Positions 24,301 to 36,300 of a stretch of 64,000 nt of DNA are shown piece after piece. Origin of the DNA: Podarcis muralis (Eukaryota); assembly GCF_964188315.1 (NCBI RefSeq), contig NC_135657.1, positions 23,250,001 to 23,314,000 on the forward strand. The letters are read 5' to 3'. The notes below the pieces were generated by a model that worked only from the letters and a program-made list of their open reading frames with translations, had not been told where the DNA came from and did no database searches. The position numbers were made by a program, and so were the translations under genes. Every line of letters starts with the position of its first letter. Position 1 is the first letter of the stretch.

Positions 24301-27300
24301 TATACCAAGTCAGAATATTGGTCCATATAGGTCTGTACTGCTGACACTGACTAGCATTGGCTCTAAGATTCCCACTGGAGATGCTGGGGATCAAAGCTGA
24401 GACCTTTTGAATAAAATGCATGCACTCTACCGCTAAACATACAGCCTTTAAGAGACACAGCAACAAAGGACTTTCAATTCAGTAAAAGAATAGAACAGAA
24501 AGCAAGGGCTAGCTGCTTAAAAAAAGAGGGTTAGAATACTGTATTTTAACAACCAAGTACTTTCAGGATGGTAATGAAATATATCAAAACCCTCAGAGAG
24601 CACGTCGGCTCCAAATATGATCACCAATTAAGAGTAAAAGTGCTATTTGAAGGGGGGAAACCTCCTCCTTAGCTTGAGAATGAAAAAGAGAACAGAAGTT
24701 TTAATAATGCCAAGAAAGCAGGCAAGAAGTGGTCGAGATAATGAACAAGAGCACAGAATGGTAATTAAATCTGGCCTGGCTCTTCTGGTTAACGAAGTTA
24801 ATCATTAGCAAGGATAAAACTTTCATACAACTGTCCAAAAACTAAATGTATCAGTCAGTCAGTGTACCCAGTGTGTACTTTTGAGGACAGAACAGCCTCG
24901 GAACAGTGTGAAGGAGGGGAAATACAATGCCAGATACCCAAAGGCCATGCATATTTATATAACTTCCCGCTGTTCCTCTATGGTCCCTCCTTCCATTATA
25001 GCTTTGCAATAACCCTCTGAGGTAGAGAGGTAGAGGTAGAGGTAGAGGTAGAGAGAGAGAGAGAGAGACACTAGATCAAGACTGCCCAGTGAGCTTCACA
25101 ATGAAGTAGGGACTTGAGCCTGGATATCCTCTGTGTCTGGTCTAATCCTCTTGCCATTAAACTATTGCCTCTCAATGTAGTTCCACATAGCTACTAGTCC
25201 AAACGCTGTTAAGAGCTGCCTCAGTGCCAGCCTGGCCCTCCTCCCGAGAAGCTCCTGGCTTCTTCTTGAATTTGCAACAGCAAAAGAGGAACAGGTTTAG
25301 CCATTTTAGGTGTGACTGAAGAAGGGTAAGTTATCATACGAGGGGAGCACTGGGGATGAGCTGCGCCTCACCACTGTCTTCATTATCCTCATCATGGAAG
25401 CTCCCCATTCATCTTCCACTAATTTTACAGGGCTTTAAAGCATACAGGGCTCCTCCGCCAGGTACAAGAGGCTGCCCACCTCACACTGACCGTGAGTTGA
25501 AGGGCAATGAGATTGGTGATGGGGACCCAGCTTGCGTGTTCGCCCACTCCGCTTCCTTCCCCCGTGATAACTTAAGTCTTTTAAGTAACTCCTGAAGATG
25601 ACTATTGTGAACTTGCTGAGCAGTTCCCAATTAGCCAAATTCTGCATAACTCCCGTTTTTCAGAAGCCAAGACATGGACCCCCTACTTTTGAAAATGTTG
25701 CTCTCTCTGTGGTAGTTCTCATTATGTGAATAGCGCCAACATGTCCCAGGACAAAACTGGGACGTGCTCCCGTGTGAGTCACATGACCCACACAGTGACC
25801 AAAAACGGGATGTCCCAGACAGTTGACGGGTATGTGCCACAGACCCCCGGGTGCATTGGGCAGACCTCAGGGGGTCTATGGACCACCAATTGGGAACCAC
25901 TGGCCTGGATTGTAAAGATTCGTGTTTCAGATTTCCATATGTAACAGTATCAAGTCATTTTCAGTCAAGCTTTATCACTCTCAGAGACACTGAAAGATGA
26001 GTATCATATTTTCATATGTTTTTGTGCTTATTCTCTTATGACAGCGCATGGTTATCTAAAAGATGCTCTCATATTATGATTAAATGGTATCATTCTTCCA
26101 CTTTCAAAAAATGCATTTTATTATTAGTTTCAGGAACAAAGAGCAACCAATTCCAAACACTGAGAGATGCCAAAATACAGCCCTAAAATAGTGTTTGCAC
26201 AGGCCTGTCAGGTGTCAAGGGATGGATGACATGAACCTACTGTACCCTGAAACACCTGCGTCTTTTGCAGCACAGTCTTAAACATGCCCACTTAAAAGTT
26301 CTCTTGTGTTCAACTGGGCTTACTGCAAGGTGGTATTCATCTACTCAGAGTACACCCACTGAAATTAATAGGCCTAACTTAGTTATGTTCATTATTTTAA
26401 GTGAGTCGACTCCGAGTAAAACTTAGTTGAATATCACTTATGGAATAGGATCGTAGCCTTAGCTCTAAGTTCTGTGGGTGAAATCCAGTGTTGCTGTTCC
26501 ATTTACAGAACAGCTTTGGGTCCTGTAGAAGTATCTGCTAACCTAAAGGGAGACAATTTGCAATCCCCACCCTACCCCTGAATGCTACCTAAAACACCTT
26601 CCATGTGGTGTATTTCTTCCTCCTCCAGCCCCTACCTCCGAGAAAGAAAACCTCATTCATGGGAGTTTTTAAGCAGAGGTTGGGTGGCCATCTGTCATGG
26701 ATGCTTTAGCTGCGATTCCTGCATTGCAGGGGGGTGGGCCAGATGACCCTCAAAGTCCCTTCCAACACTACAGTTCTGTGATTCTATAAGAAGGTTCCCA
26801 GCAGTTTGGCTTGAACAAGAGGCAGCTGAAGGGAGTACTCAGAACATTCACATGCAGGTATTCAAAATCCTTCACATCCTGATCAGCAGCACAGAGGACC
26901 AGGAGGGAGTCCACCTCTTAAATCCCGCCCAGTATGCATTAATGCGCAAAAAGAGGATTTCAAGGAAGCATCTCACCAGAGTGATGTCACGGGAAGCAGC
27001 AGCAGCGCTCATGTGTAAACTAGGTTGTCTTACAGAACTACTGCAGTCCAGAGCTCGGGCAAACGTACCGACCGCACTGAAAAACATACAAAAGAATTGC
27101 AAAAATTAAAAATACCCATGTAAACCAGATATACATTAAAGGCATCATATGCATGCCCGCTCTTTCACATGCGCTCCATAGTTTATCAGCAGGCATGTTA
27201 GGATTCACCTGTGAATGGAAAGACTTCAAAGCAAACTCACAATGTTTAGCGTGAAAACCGAAGGTGAATCTGTATTAACAGGGGCAAATGTCCACCATAG

Positions 27301-30300
27301 ACTATATCTATATCTATAGCTTTCAGATTTGGTGTGCCAATAAAACTTCTGTGCAAGTGGGGGCATGAGTGGAGCGAATAAATTCAGGAAGACACTGTGA
27401 GACAAGCAGAGAGGTCTATTACACATAGAGAGAAAGCTGAAAGTACCTCTAGGCAAATGACTGCAACTTTGTCTTAAACTATATGCACATGGTAGCCATA
27501 GGTGACCAGGAATTGTACACAGGTGAGTAAGCAAGCTTGTATAGGAGGGGTGGAGCTGTCAACCCCTTTGTGGAAGGCTTTTTTTCCTCTACTGTAAGCT
27601 TGCTAAATGGTTAGTAAGCTGCATTTCTATGCCAGGGGCTGAGGGCATGTCTTTTGGAGAGATACTTCTGGCCTCAACCATGCCTTGACACAAACTCACC
27701 CAGAGTAATGCTAACCTACAAAGACAAATTAAGTTGATTTCCAGGAGTTATTAGTGTTACTGAAACACATTTTTTAAAAACACACCCTGTGTTGAGGCTC
27801 AGTATCTCACACACCACCCAAACACCCAGAAAAAAACAGTGTTTTCAGTACCCTTAAAATGCTCTCCCAACCATTTATCTATGAGCAGCTCCTCTGAGAA
27901 CCAGAGAACATTTAAATGGCCCAGACCCACCTCCATACTTGGGTTATTTAAACATTCTACCAATTGGACACAACAGCAACCGAAAGAACAGGGCATATTA
28001 AGTACACTTATGAATCAACCCACTGTGACTCCTGTTCCAATATGTCAATTTTCCTTTTAACTTGAAGGCATAATTGAAGAAAACTTGAAATTTCAAATTA
28101 CATTTCCTTTCATAAAAATCACAATAAAAATCTCTCAACAGTTGGACTACTACAGGACTTTACAGCTGCTGGTTCTACTTTAAAGTGAACTGTGAAAAAA
28201 CAACATCACCAAGGCCATTAATATTCCATGTTTTTTAGCAATTTACACAAGTAAATGAGGCAATCAGCTATTTATTTTCCTCAACCATCATTATTTTAAA
28301 AGGATTTTTTTTGGCTTTAAATTGGATGACCACCTCCACCTTAGCCTGACTGAGAGAGGACTGCTGTGTTATTCAAGCTGTTAAGAGAGGTTTTTTTAGT
28401 TCGACATTTACATTTCAGCTTATTTTTCCTCAATAGTGGTGGGTCATCAGAAACTGAGAAACAACAAAATTAAAGATGAGGGGGTGTTAAAAGATTGCAT
28501 GAGGCCAGTCCTTACAACGTTGCTACAAACTGTAACTATTCCAACATAATACATAAGTGCAGAGCAGGAAATATGCTCAAGGACTCCTAAGAAAGAAATG
28601 TGCTTGCAAATGTGCACGGTGCTTCCCCTCCAAGGCTCAGAAATGATCCCGAAGGGTATCCAATCCCCAAAGTACAGTCTTCCATATTTTCACTCCCCTG
28701 TGGCGAGTGTGACAACCTCCTCTGGCGACCATGACAAGTCCCAGCCTAATTCTGAACTCTGAAGCTGCACCATTAGAAAGGGATCGGTCTGACTGTTGCA
28801 CAGTGATCCCAATTCCCTCCCCAAGTCCAAGGTTGGGAGAAGACATGGGGTTGTATATCTGCCATGTGACCAAGGTATTCAAAACAACTTAGCTAAGCAG
28901 TGTTTCTGAGGTTGTAGGGTGAATATTTAGTTTTTGTGCAGCCAAGGCATCTGGAATGCCTTGGTCACAGTGGCCAAACTAGCAGGGGCTTGGAGGCTAT
29001 CATTTTTTGCTAATACAAACAATACACACAATACACACAAACATTTTCTGTTTCTCCAGTCTTGCCCAAAGGAAGAAGAAGAGGAGGAGTTTGGGTTTGA
29101 TATCCCGCTTTATCACTACCCGAAGGAGTCTCAAAGCGGCTAACATTCTCCTTTCCCTTCCTCCCCCACAACAAACGCTCTGTGAGGTGAGTGGGGCTGA
29201 GAGACTTCAGAGAAGTGTGACTAGCCCAAGGTCACCCAGCAGCTGCATGTGGAGGAGCGGAGACGCGAACCCGGTTCCCCAGATTGCGAGTCTACCGCTC
29301 TTAACCACTACACCACACTGGCTCTCAGAGTCAGTATCTTCACTTGTATCTGCACTTTCCACTAATGCCCCACATCTGCTCCCCATTGAGCTGCACACAG
29401 CGGCGTAGCGTGGGTTATCAGCACCCGGGGCAAGGCAAGTAATTTGCGCCCCCTAACCCGGGGCAAGGCAAGTAATTTGCGCCCCCTAACCCGGGGCAAG
29501 GCAAGTACAGTAATTTACTCTCCCAAGCAGCAGCAGCGAGGCTTCTCTTTCCCCCGCGCTCTCCTGGAGCTGCCTCTTTTCTTTCCTTTTTTCCCTTTCT
29601 CCAAGGCTTTTCGCTTTCTCTCCTTAATTGATTCTTCCTCCACACCGTGGCGTTTCCTGGCTGCTTCCCCCCCCCCCCTTCCCCTCTCTCTCCTCCTCGC
29701 TCTGCTTGCCTTGCCCTGCCCTGCCGGAGGGCGCCCTGAGGAGACTCCGCTCTCCTTTTTGACCAGGCGAGGTGGAAAAAAGGGGGGAAAGTCTCTTCCC
29801 GCCCCCTCGCCAGACTCCCTGCTCGGCTTGGCTCACTACCCAGGCGGCCAGTGGAGAGAGAGCCGCAATTACCATAAAGCTCCTCTCCCTCCGCTTCGCC
29901 AAGCTGTCAAAGCCCGGCAGCAGCGGCAACGGCAGCAGCAGGCGCAGCCAGACCCCCGCCAGCCAGCCCGCCCGCCCGGCTTCCTCTCCTTTTTTTGCCC
30001 GCGGCAGAAGGCTTCGCTCTCCCCCTTCCGCGACCTCCTCGCCAAGCCGAGCGAGCGCGGGCTCCCTAACCCGTGGATTTTAGTAGGGGCAGAGAGCTGC
30101 TAGTGCGAGCGCGCCCCCCGCCCATGTTGCACCCGGTGCGGCCGGCCCCCCTGGCACCCCCCACGCTACGCCACTGGCTGCACAAGAAATATATTGCAGG
30201 CAGATAAGCTTGTTCAGAGCCAGCTCTGATGCTTTCACCAGCACAAAATCATCTGGCAGGACTTAGCCACATGTTATCTAGAGCTTTTCTACAGCAGTTT

Positions 30301-33300
30301 CTTGTTGTGTTGCAATACTAGAACTTGCTCATCTGAACAAAGCTTTGCGTAGACTCTCCTTACTCAGGGCTGTACAACTTCTGGAAAGAAAAGTCAAGAA
30401 CAAAAATAGAGGCAGTAATTTGGGAAGCCCAAATAATAAAAAAGAGAGACAGTTGGAGCATAGGCAGCAAATTGTCAGTGCAAATGCAGCCTGAGATATT
30501 TGTTGTTCTTTGTCCCACATCTACCACACTTGCGCCTTTAAAAAAAGAAGAATAAAAGCAAGAGGCCAGATTCTAACTTGTTTGTGTTTCATTATCGCAT
30601 TTCCCCACACTGAGGTTTTTTGGTTCTGTTTTCTTTAAGGTAGAGAAAACACCAACATCGGTAATAATAAGCACTGCTTGCTCCAAAGGATGAGTTCCTG
30701 ATCCGAAGAACATTTCTTCTCTGAAATAATGCTGCCGACTAGAGTTGATAATATATCCAATATGTCACATTCTCACTGTCTGATGGCTGCAAGTCCCTTG
30801 GGTCAATTCCCAGCTGTAATTATCTGTGAGCTGTTGACACGGAGGGTCTGCGGCTTGGTGTTTTTAGTTAAAGAAAATCTTAATTGGCCCATAGAATGTT
30901 TTTGTCAGCGGTATTGAAGAGACAGACTGCTCCACCCCTAAGCAGGATCCTTGGTGGAATGGGGCACAGCTTTAATACCAAGTCAAGCGCTGGAAAAGGC
31001 GATGGCTTCCTACTGTTAGAAAATACTGAGCAGCCAATATTGTGCTGCCATACAAAGCTGCGGTTGATAAAGCAGGGGTTGTCTCTTTGTCTGACCCTGA
31101 AGAGTCTCCCCTCTTGCATCTGATAATGCTTCTTGCATGACCAGAAGGATAGAGCGAGATGTGAGGGTGTGTGTAGAAACTAGCCCATTGTATAAATGTC
31201 ATATTCACATTCATTGCTTCAGCCATTTTTTATCTCTAGTTCCATCAATTACTTGCATGTGGCCTGCTTGAGGTTGTCCAGGAGGAATGCGGTCCTCGGG
31301 ATTTCTCTCCCCAGTGTCTAGCCTCCAACATGGAGGTCACACGTGGCACAGGCAATGGAGTTCTCCTAGACAGGAGACGAGACTGCCTATATAGTCTTGG
31401 CTTGACCATGCTGAGGTGTCCTATCCTATCCAGCTCATCAGCCTAAAGACAAAGCCACTTCAAGGCACTCCTCTTGTGGAATGGCATTATTCCCTGGTCA
31501 AATCATGCACAAGAGTGGAAGATGCATGGTGGTATCTTTCAAGGGGTTTTTTGCATCAATTGCAGGGATGTAATGGTTAGGGCAGGGACGCGGGTGGCGC
31601 TGTGGTCTAAACCACTGTGCCGCTTGGTTCTTTACCTTTACTTTTTTACCTGTCTAAAGCAGGACACACACGGGCCTCCTAAGCATGAGACCACTATTAT
31701 GGTAACAGTACAGTATGTGGAAATAATTCACAATGGCAAGTCCTCAGAAAGTCATTCTCTGTGCAGGAGCTTTGACAAAGCCCAGGAGAAACACAGTCTT
31801 TGGTGAGCAAGAATTCAGTGGCTGGGGCAGATCAATAGCTGCATTTTTAAAGACTGACTAATTTTCTTTTTGGAAAAAGAAATCAAAATTGTGCTGACTG
31901 AGCTACAAATCAGGAAGTGTCCAACTGGAATCTCACCTCTGTCATTAAATCACAAGGTGGCCTTAGGCAAGCAAAACAAACACAAATAATACTTAATATA
32001 CTGAGTGCATTGTTTACTTTTCTTCTGATTCACTGCACAAAGGAAAATTACTAAAACTGATGGAGCCATATTGGTTTCTTCCACATTTTTCAGCACAGTG
32101 GGAGTGCAACCACAAAGTTACAAAAAAAGACAATTATTTATTGGAAATTAAGTTCTCCTACACTACAAATACAACAGTATATCTACTTCCAATTCAATCT
32201 CAGGAAACAGCAAGAGAAAACTGTTGGCAGGGGAGAATCTCTTTCAAATAACTTGCTAAAGAATATTTTGTGGCAATGCTGAGGCCAAAAGAAAAAAGAA
32301 AGAAATTATAAGAACCAGAACTTCTCACGCTGAAGACTCTTCCATGTAGCATGTTGGAAATAAATGTATTTTTTTTAAAAAAAAACAGAAATGAATAAAG
32401 GGAGAGGGGCTTTATTTGCACTAGTCGAAACATTCAACTTGAGATTTTCCAATGAGGGCAGATAGAACAGAAAGGTCTACTGAGACAATCAGGGCTTAAA
32501 AGCTCATATAAGAGTCAAGTCAGAGTAAATGATAAGATTTTTCTTCTTCGTAAAATATACACACTGGTGGAGGAAGAGGAGTGCGGGGGGGAGTGCACCG
32601 CCCCCGGCAGTGCGATCCCAGTGGAGTGCCATCGCGGCTGTCCCCCCAACAGCGCTGGGCGCCACACCCCTGCAGATGGCATGCCCCACCCTCAGGACAC
32701 ACACCAGCCCCGCCCCCACCTGCTCTCCGCCCCACCCCACCCCCATGCCGGAGCATGAAGCTCCGCCACTGAATACACACACACACACGACTACCTCTTA
32801 ACCCCATACTGATTGTGGAAAACTTAAGATTGTAGGTAAGCAGAGAAATGAAATAAAAGAGAGAAAACAGAGAATTCGCTTCTCTTTCAGGAAAAGCAAC
32901 TTCTGTAATTGTAAGTTCTTTAATCTGTTTTAGTATTGTGCGATGCTATGTTACATCATTAATGTTGTGCTTTCATTGTTGTAATCCTGCCATGGGATCT
33001 CAGCATGAAGGGCAGGTAATAAATTTTAACAACAACAACAGGGTCTGGGGAGGCACTGAGTGGTATACTTGCTGCAACATCTGTAGCTCTGCTGGATAGG
33101 CTGGGAGATGCAGAAACTCCCCTCCCAAGGTCAGAAGGCAGGGAAACAAGCACCTTAGGGGGACCTAGGCAGCTTTGGGTTCAAAGCCTCTGGCACCCTC
33201 CCCATGCCTTCTGCCAGTTACCGCTTTGTTTCATCTTCTGCATGACAATTCTTCATATATTTAAAGGGTGCCAGCGAGTCTACCTTCATTCTTCTCTTCT

Positions 33301-36300
33301 CCAGGGAAAACAGAATAGACTCCTTATAACATTTGTTCCATGGAGGAAAGATTATGCATTGGGGGGGGGGCATGGCTTCTCCACCCCTGGTTCGGATCAT
33401 GCCCTTTATTATTAAGAGGGGGAGAGAATGAAGGTGTTCATCTTACCGGGCTACTACTAAAAACTGGTCGATCTGATGGTCAGTGAGATGGCTGTCTGGA
33501 TCCCATACTTTTACTTCAAGCTTTGCCTGCTCCCGGTCATCTGTTTCTCCTGGCAAAAAAAAAAAAAAGTAGCGCATATAAAAATAATTTTTCTTTCGAC
33601 TTGTCTTGTATCATGCTTAAATTGAACATGTATCCAACAGTTATACACAATGGTCAGTTCAGCACAGTTCAAATGCCGCACTGAATTTTGCAATGCGGTA
33701 AGAAATTAAAAAGTATGGAAATCAGCTGCTGAATATCAAAGAGCTTCTCGTGTTAAAATAATTGCATAATATGTTTTATAAATGCATATAAAATATCAAG
33801 GTGGTGTACAACAATATATACAACAAAACATACAAAACCATAAAAACAATGCAAAGTAATCATTAAAAATGATCATGTGAAGGACTGGGGGTGGTGTGGG
33901 TATACCTGGAGACATTGGGGCATGGCCAAGACACACTCCCAGTCTCTCTACAAACCGTTGCCTTCACATATCCAGACAGAACGCCAAAAAAGGGCTACAG
34001 TTTGCCTCTGGATCAAAAAAATTTAAATATGCAGTTTGAAATGATTTTCCAGTTCTAATTTGGAAGCCAGTTATGCTTTGCAGTAAGCACAGTTTACCCC
34101 ACTCAAGATCTCTTATTGTAAGCCAGCAAATGTTTAGCCTGGAGAAGAGGAGGTTAAGGGGTGATATGATAGCCATGTTCAAATATATAAAAGGATGTCA
34201 TATAGAGGAGGGAGAAAGGTTGTTTTCTGCTGCTCCAGAGAAGCGGACACGGAGCAATGGATCCAAACTACAAGAAAGAAGATTCCACCTAAACATTAGG
34301 AAGAACTTCCTGACAGTAAGAGCTGTTCGACAGTGGAATTTGCTGCCAAGGAGTGTGGTGGAGTCTCCTTCTTTGGAGGTCTTTAAGCAGAGGCTTGACA
34401 ACCATATGTCAGGAGTGCTCTGATGGTGTTTCCTGCATGGCAGGGGGTTGGACTCGATGGCCCTTGTGGTCTATTCCAACTCTATGATTCTATGAAATGA
34501 TGGAGGAAAGTGGCGTACAGGAAAGAAGGAAGGCTTGCAAACCTGAAGCTGGTCCTGGCAGCAAAGCCACAATGGTGGTGAAATTTGAGCAGCATCTACG
34601 ATGCCACCGTCAAGTCTGTGACCATGCAGCTACAATCAATTTGTTTGTGTTTCAGCACCAGTCAGAACAGTCCTTAAAAATACACTTCTCAGATAGACTC
34701 CAACTTAATTGCTTACAGATGCCTGCTTCATAATCACCGACTCAACACACAAATTGCTTTCAACAGACTCTTAAATACCTTTCCCTAAATGCATTGTCAT
34801 CTGCCCTTCGAACAAAAAGCAATTAGCCCCTTTATTTGTGCAGTTCATGAATCCATATCTTCATCTCTGTAGCTAGATTGTGGCTAGACTGCCCGTCTCC
34901 CCTCTTTATTTCCACTAATTTCTTTTGCAGTAAAAAAACCATGAAGCAGCATTAATTGTCCGTGTCTCCCAATTCTGCAGCTAGAAATGGGACATGATAT
35001 GCAAGGTCTCATACTCTAACCTTCACTTATCCAAGCTGAACTGATGAATAATTCACAGAGTTTCTAACTTTGCCTTAAAATGAGCCTTTTCCGACATAAC
35101 AGTATTTCATAATAACTTTCAAGGTAAATCACACCATCTTTCCTAAGCATGTCTGCATGTGTTCAGATTTCCATCTTGTGGAAGGTGTTAATATACTGTT
35201 GCAAGCCACCTCAATTTCTGAGCAGTGTGAGATTCCAGGAGTTCCAGGTGCCAGATCCCGGCCAATTATACATCAGTCTATAATAGCTGCCTTCCAGATC
35301 ACATGCTGCCACAGGGTTGGACCAATCTTAATACCCACACTCCCCCATTGTGGGGCCCTTCTTCTCTGAGTAGGTCTTGCATGTTGGACCAAAGAACAGT
35401 GATGTTTGATCTTGTATCCAACATCCCTATTCATTTCACACCACCCACCTCACAACTAATTGTCAGGCTGCTATTATTATAGTTCAGCTGCACAGATTTG
35501 GGCACATACTCATAACAATATAAAACACAGAAACACATTGCACATTGCAATAAGCAAAATAAATCAAGATGGGCTTTGGGACCATTATGTAGTCGCCATA
35601 CTAACAACTTCTGGGGAAAGAAAATTATGGGTTGCCTTCAATGAAGTCCTATTCAGAGCAGAACAATTAAAATTAGTAAACTAAGTTAGCCATGCCCATT
35701 AACTTCAGTGGGTCTACTCTGAGTAGCACTAGCACTGAATACCACCCCATATTTTGGAAGTGTTAAGAAATGCATATGTTTTAACATTTTTGTGGATTTT
35801 GTATACAATACATACAAACAGGGCTTTCCCCTCCCATATTATATTCAGTTATATAATCTGAACAATAGATTGAAGTGTGCCAAAAGAGAGAGAGAGCCCA
35901 AAGTGTATTCCTCCTTGAAATATACCTCACTATGGGAATGCTCATTATCCAAAATCTCAGTTATCCAAACATAAATAATTATACCCAAACCTCACTACAC
36001 GAATGACTGATTCAGATATCTGAGCAGTTCTCTGCATTTTTCTGGTTGGCAGCAACCATTTCAGGCAGAAACCATGGCGGGAGGGAACTAAAGAACTATT
36101 TCCAGGGAACGTATTATGTTCAGATAGCAGGACCTGCGTGTATTTTAAACCACAGGTGGAAGGGCTGTCATATATACTTGAGACATTCCTTCTTCATGAA
36201 GCAAGAAGAAATGCAGGCTGAAATCCTTCACCCTGACACACTAACTTTCCATGCTCAAGGATTTATTGACTTTTTAAATGTGAAAGTCTTGGTTTCCGGG

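Noticed and set aside
29450-29490. TTAGGG inside the 33-bp repeat (minus strand) as interstitial telomere
   Set aside because: Only one hexamer per unit, embedded in a hAT subterminal repeat; there is no (TTAGGG)n array.
29424-29507. CRISPR-like direct repeats
   Set aside because: The units are contiguous with no spacers, the context is a eukaryotic intron, and there are no cas genes.
29444-30103. Longest ORF in the track (219 aa) and overlapping ORFs
   Set aside because: Low-complexity, no recognisable domain, and wholly inside a TIR/TSD-bounded GC-rich element where stop codons are naturally rare. It is not a transposase.
34073-34423. 116-aa ORF as a host gene
   Set aside because: It is the C-terminus of CR1 ORF2.
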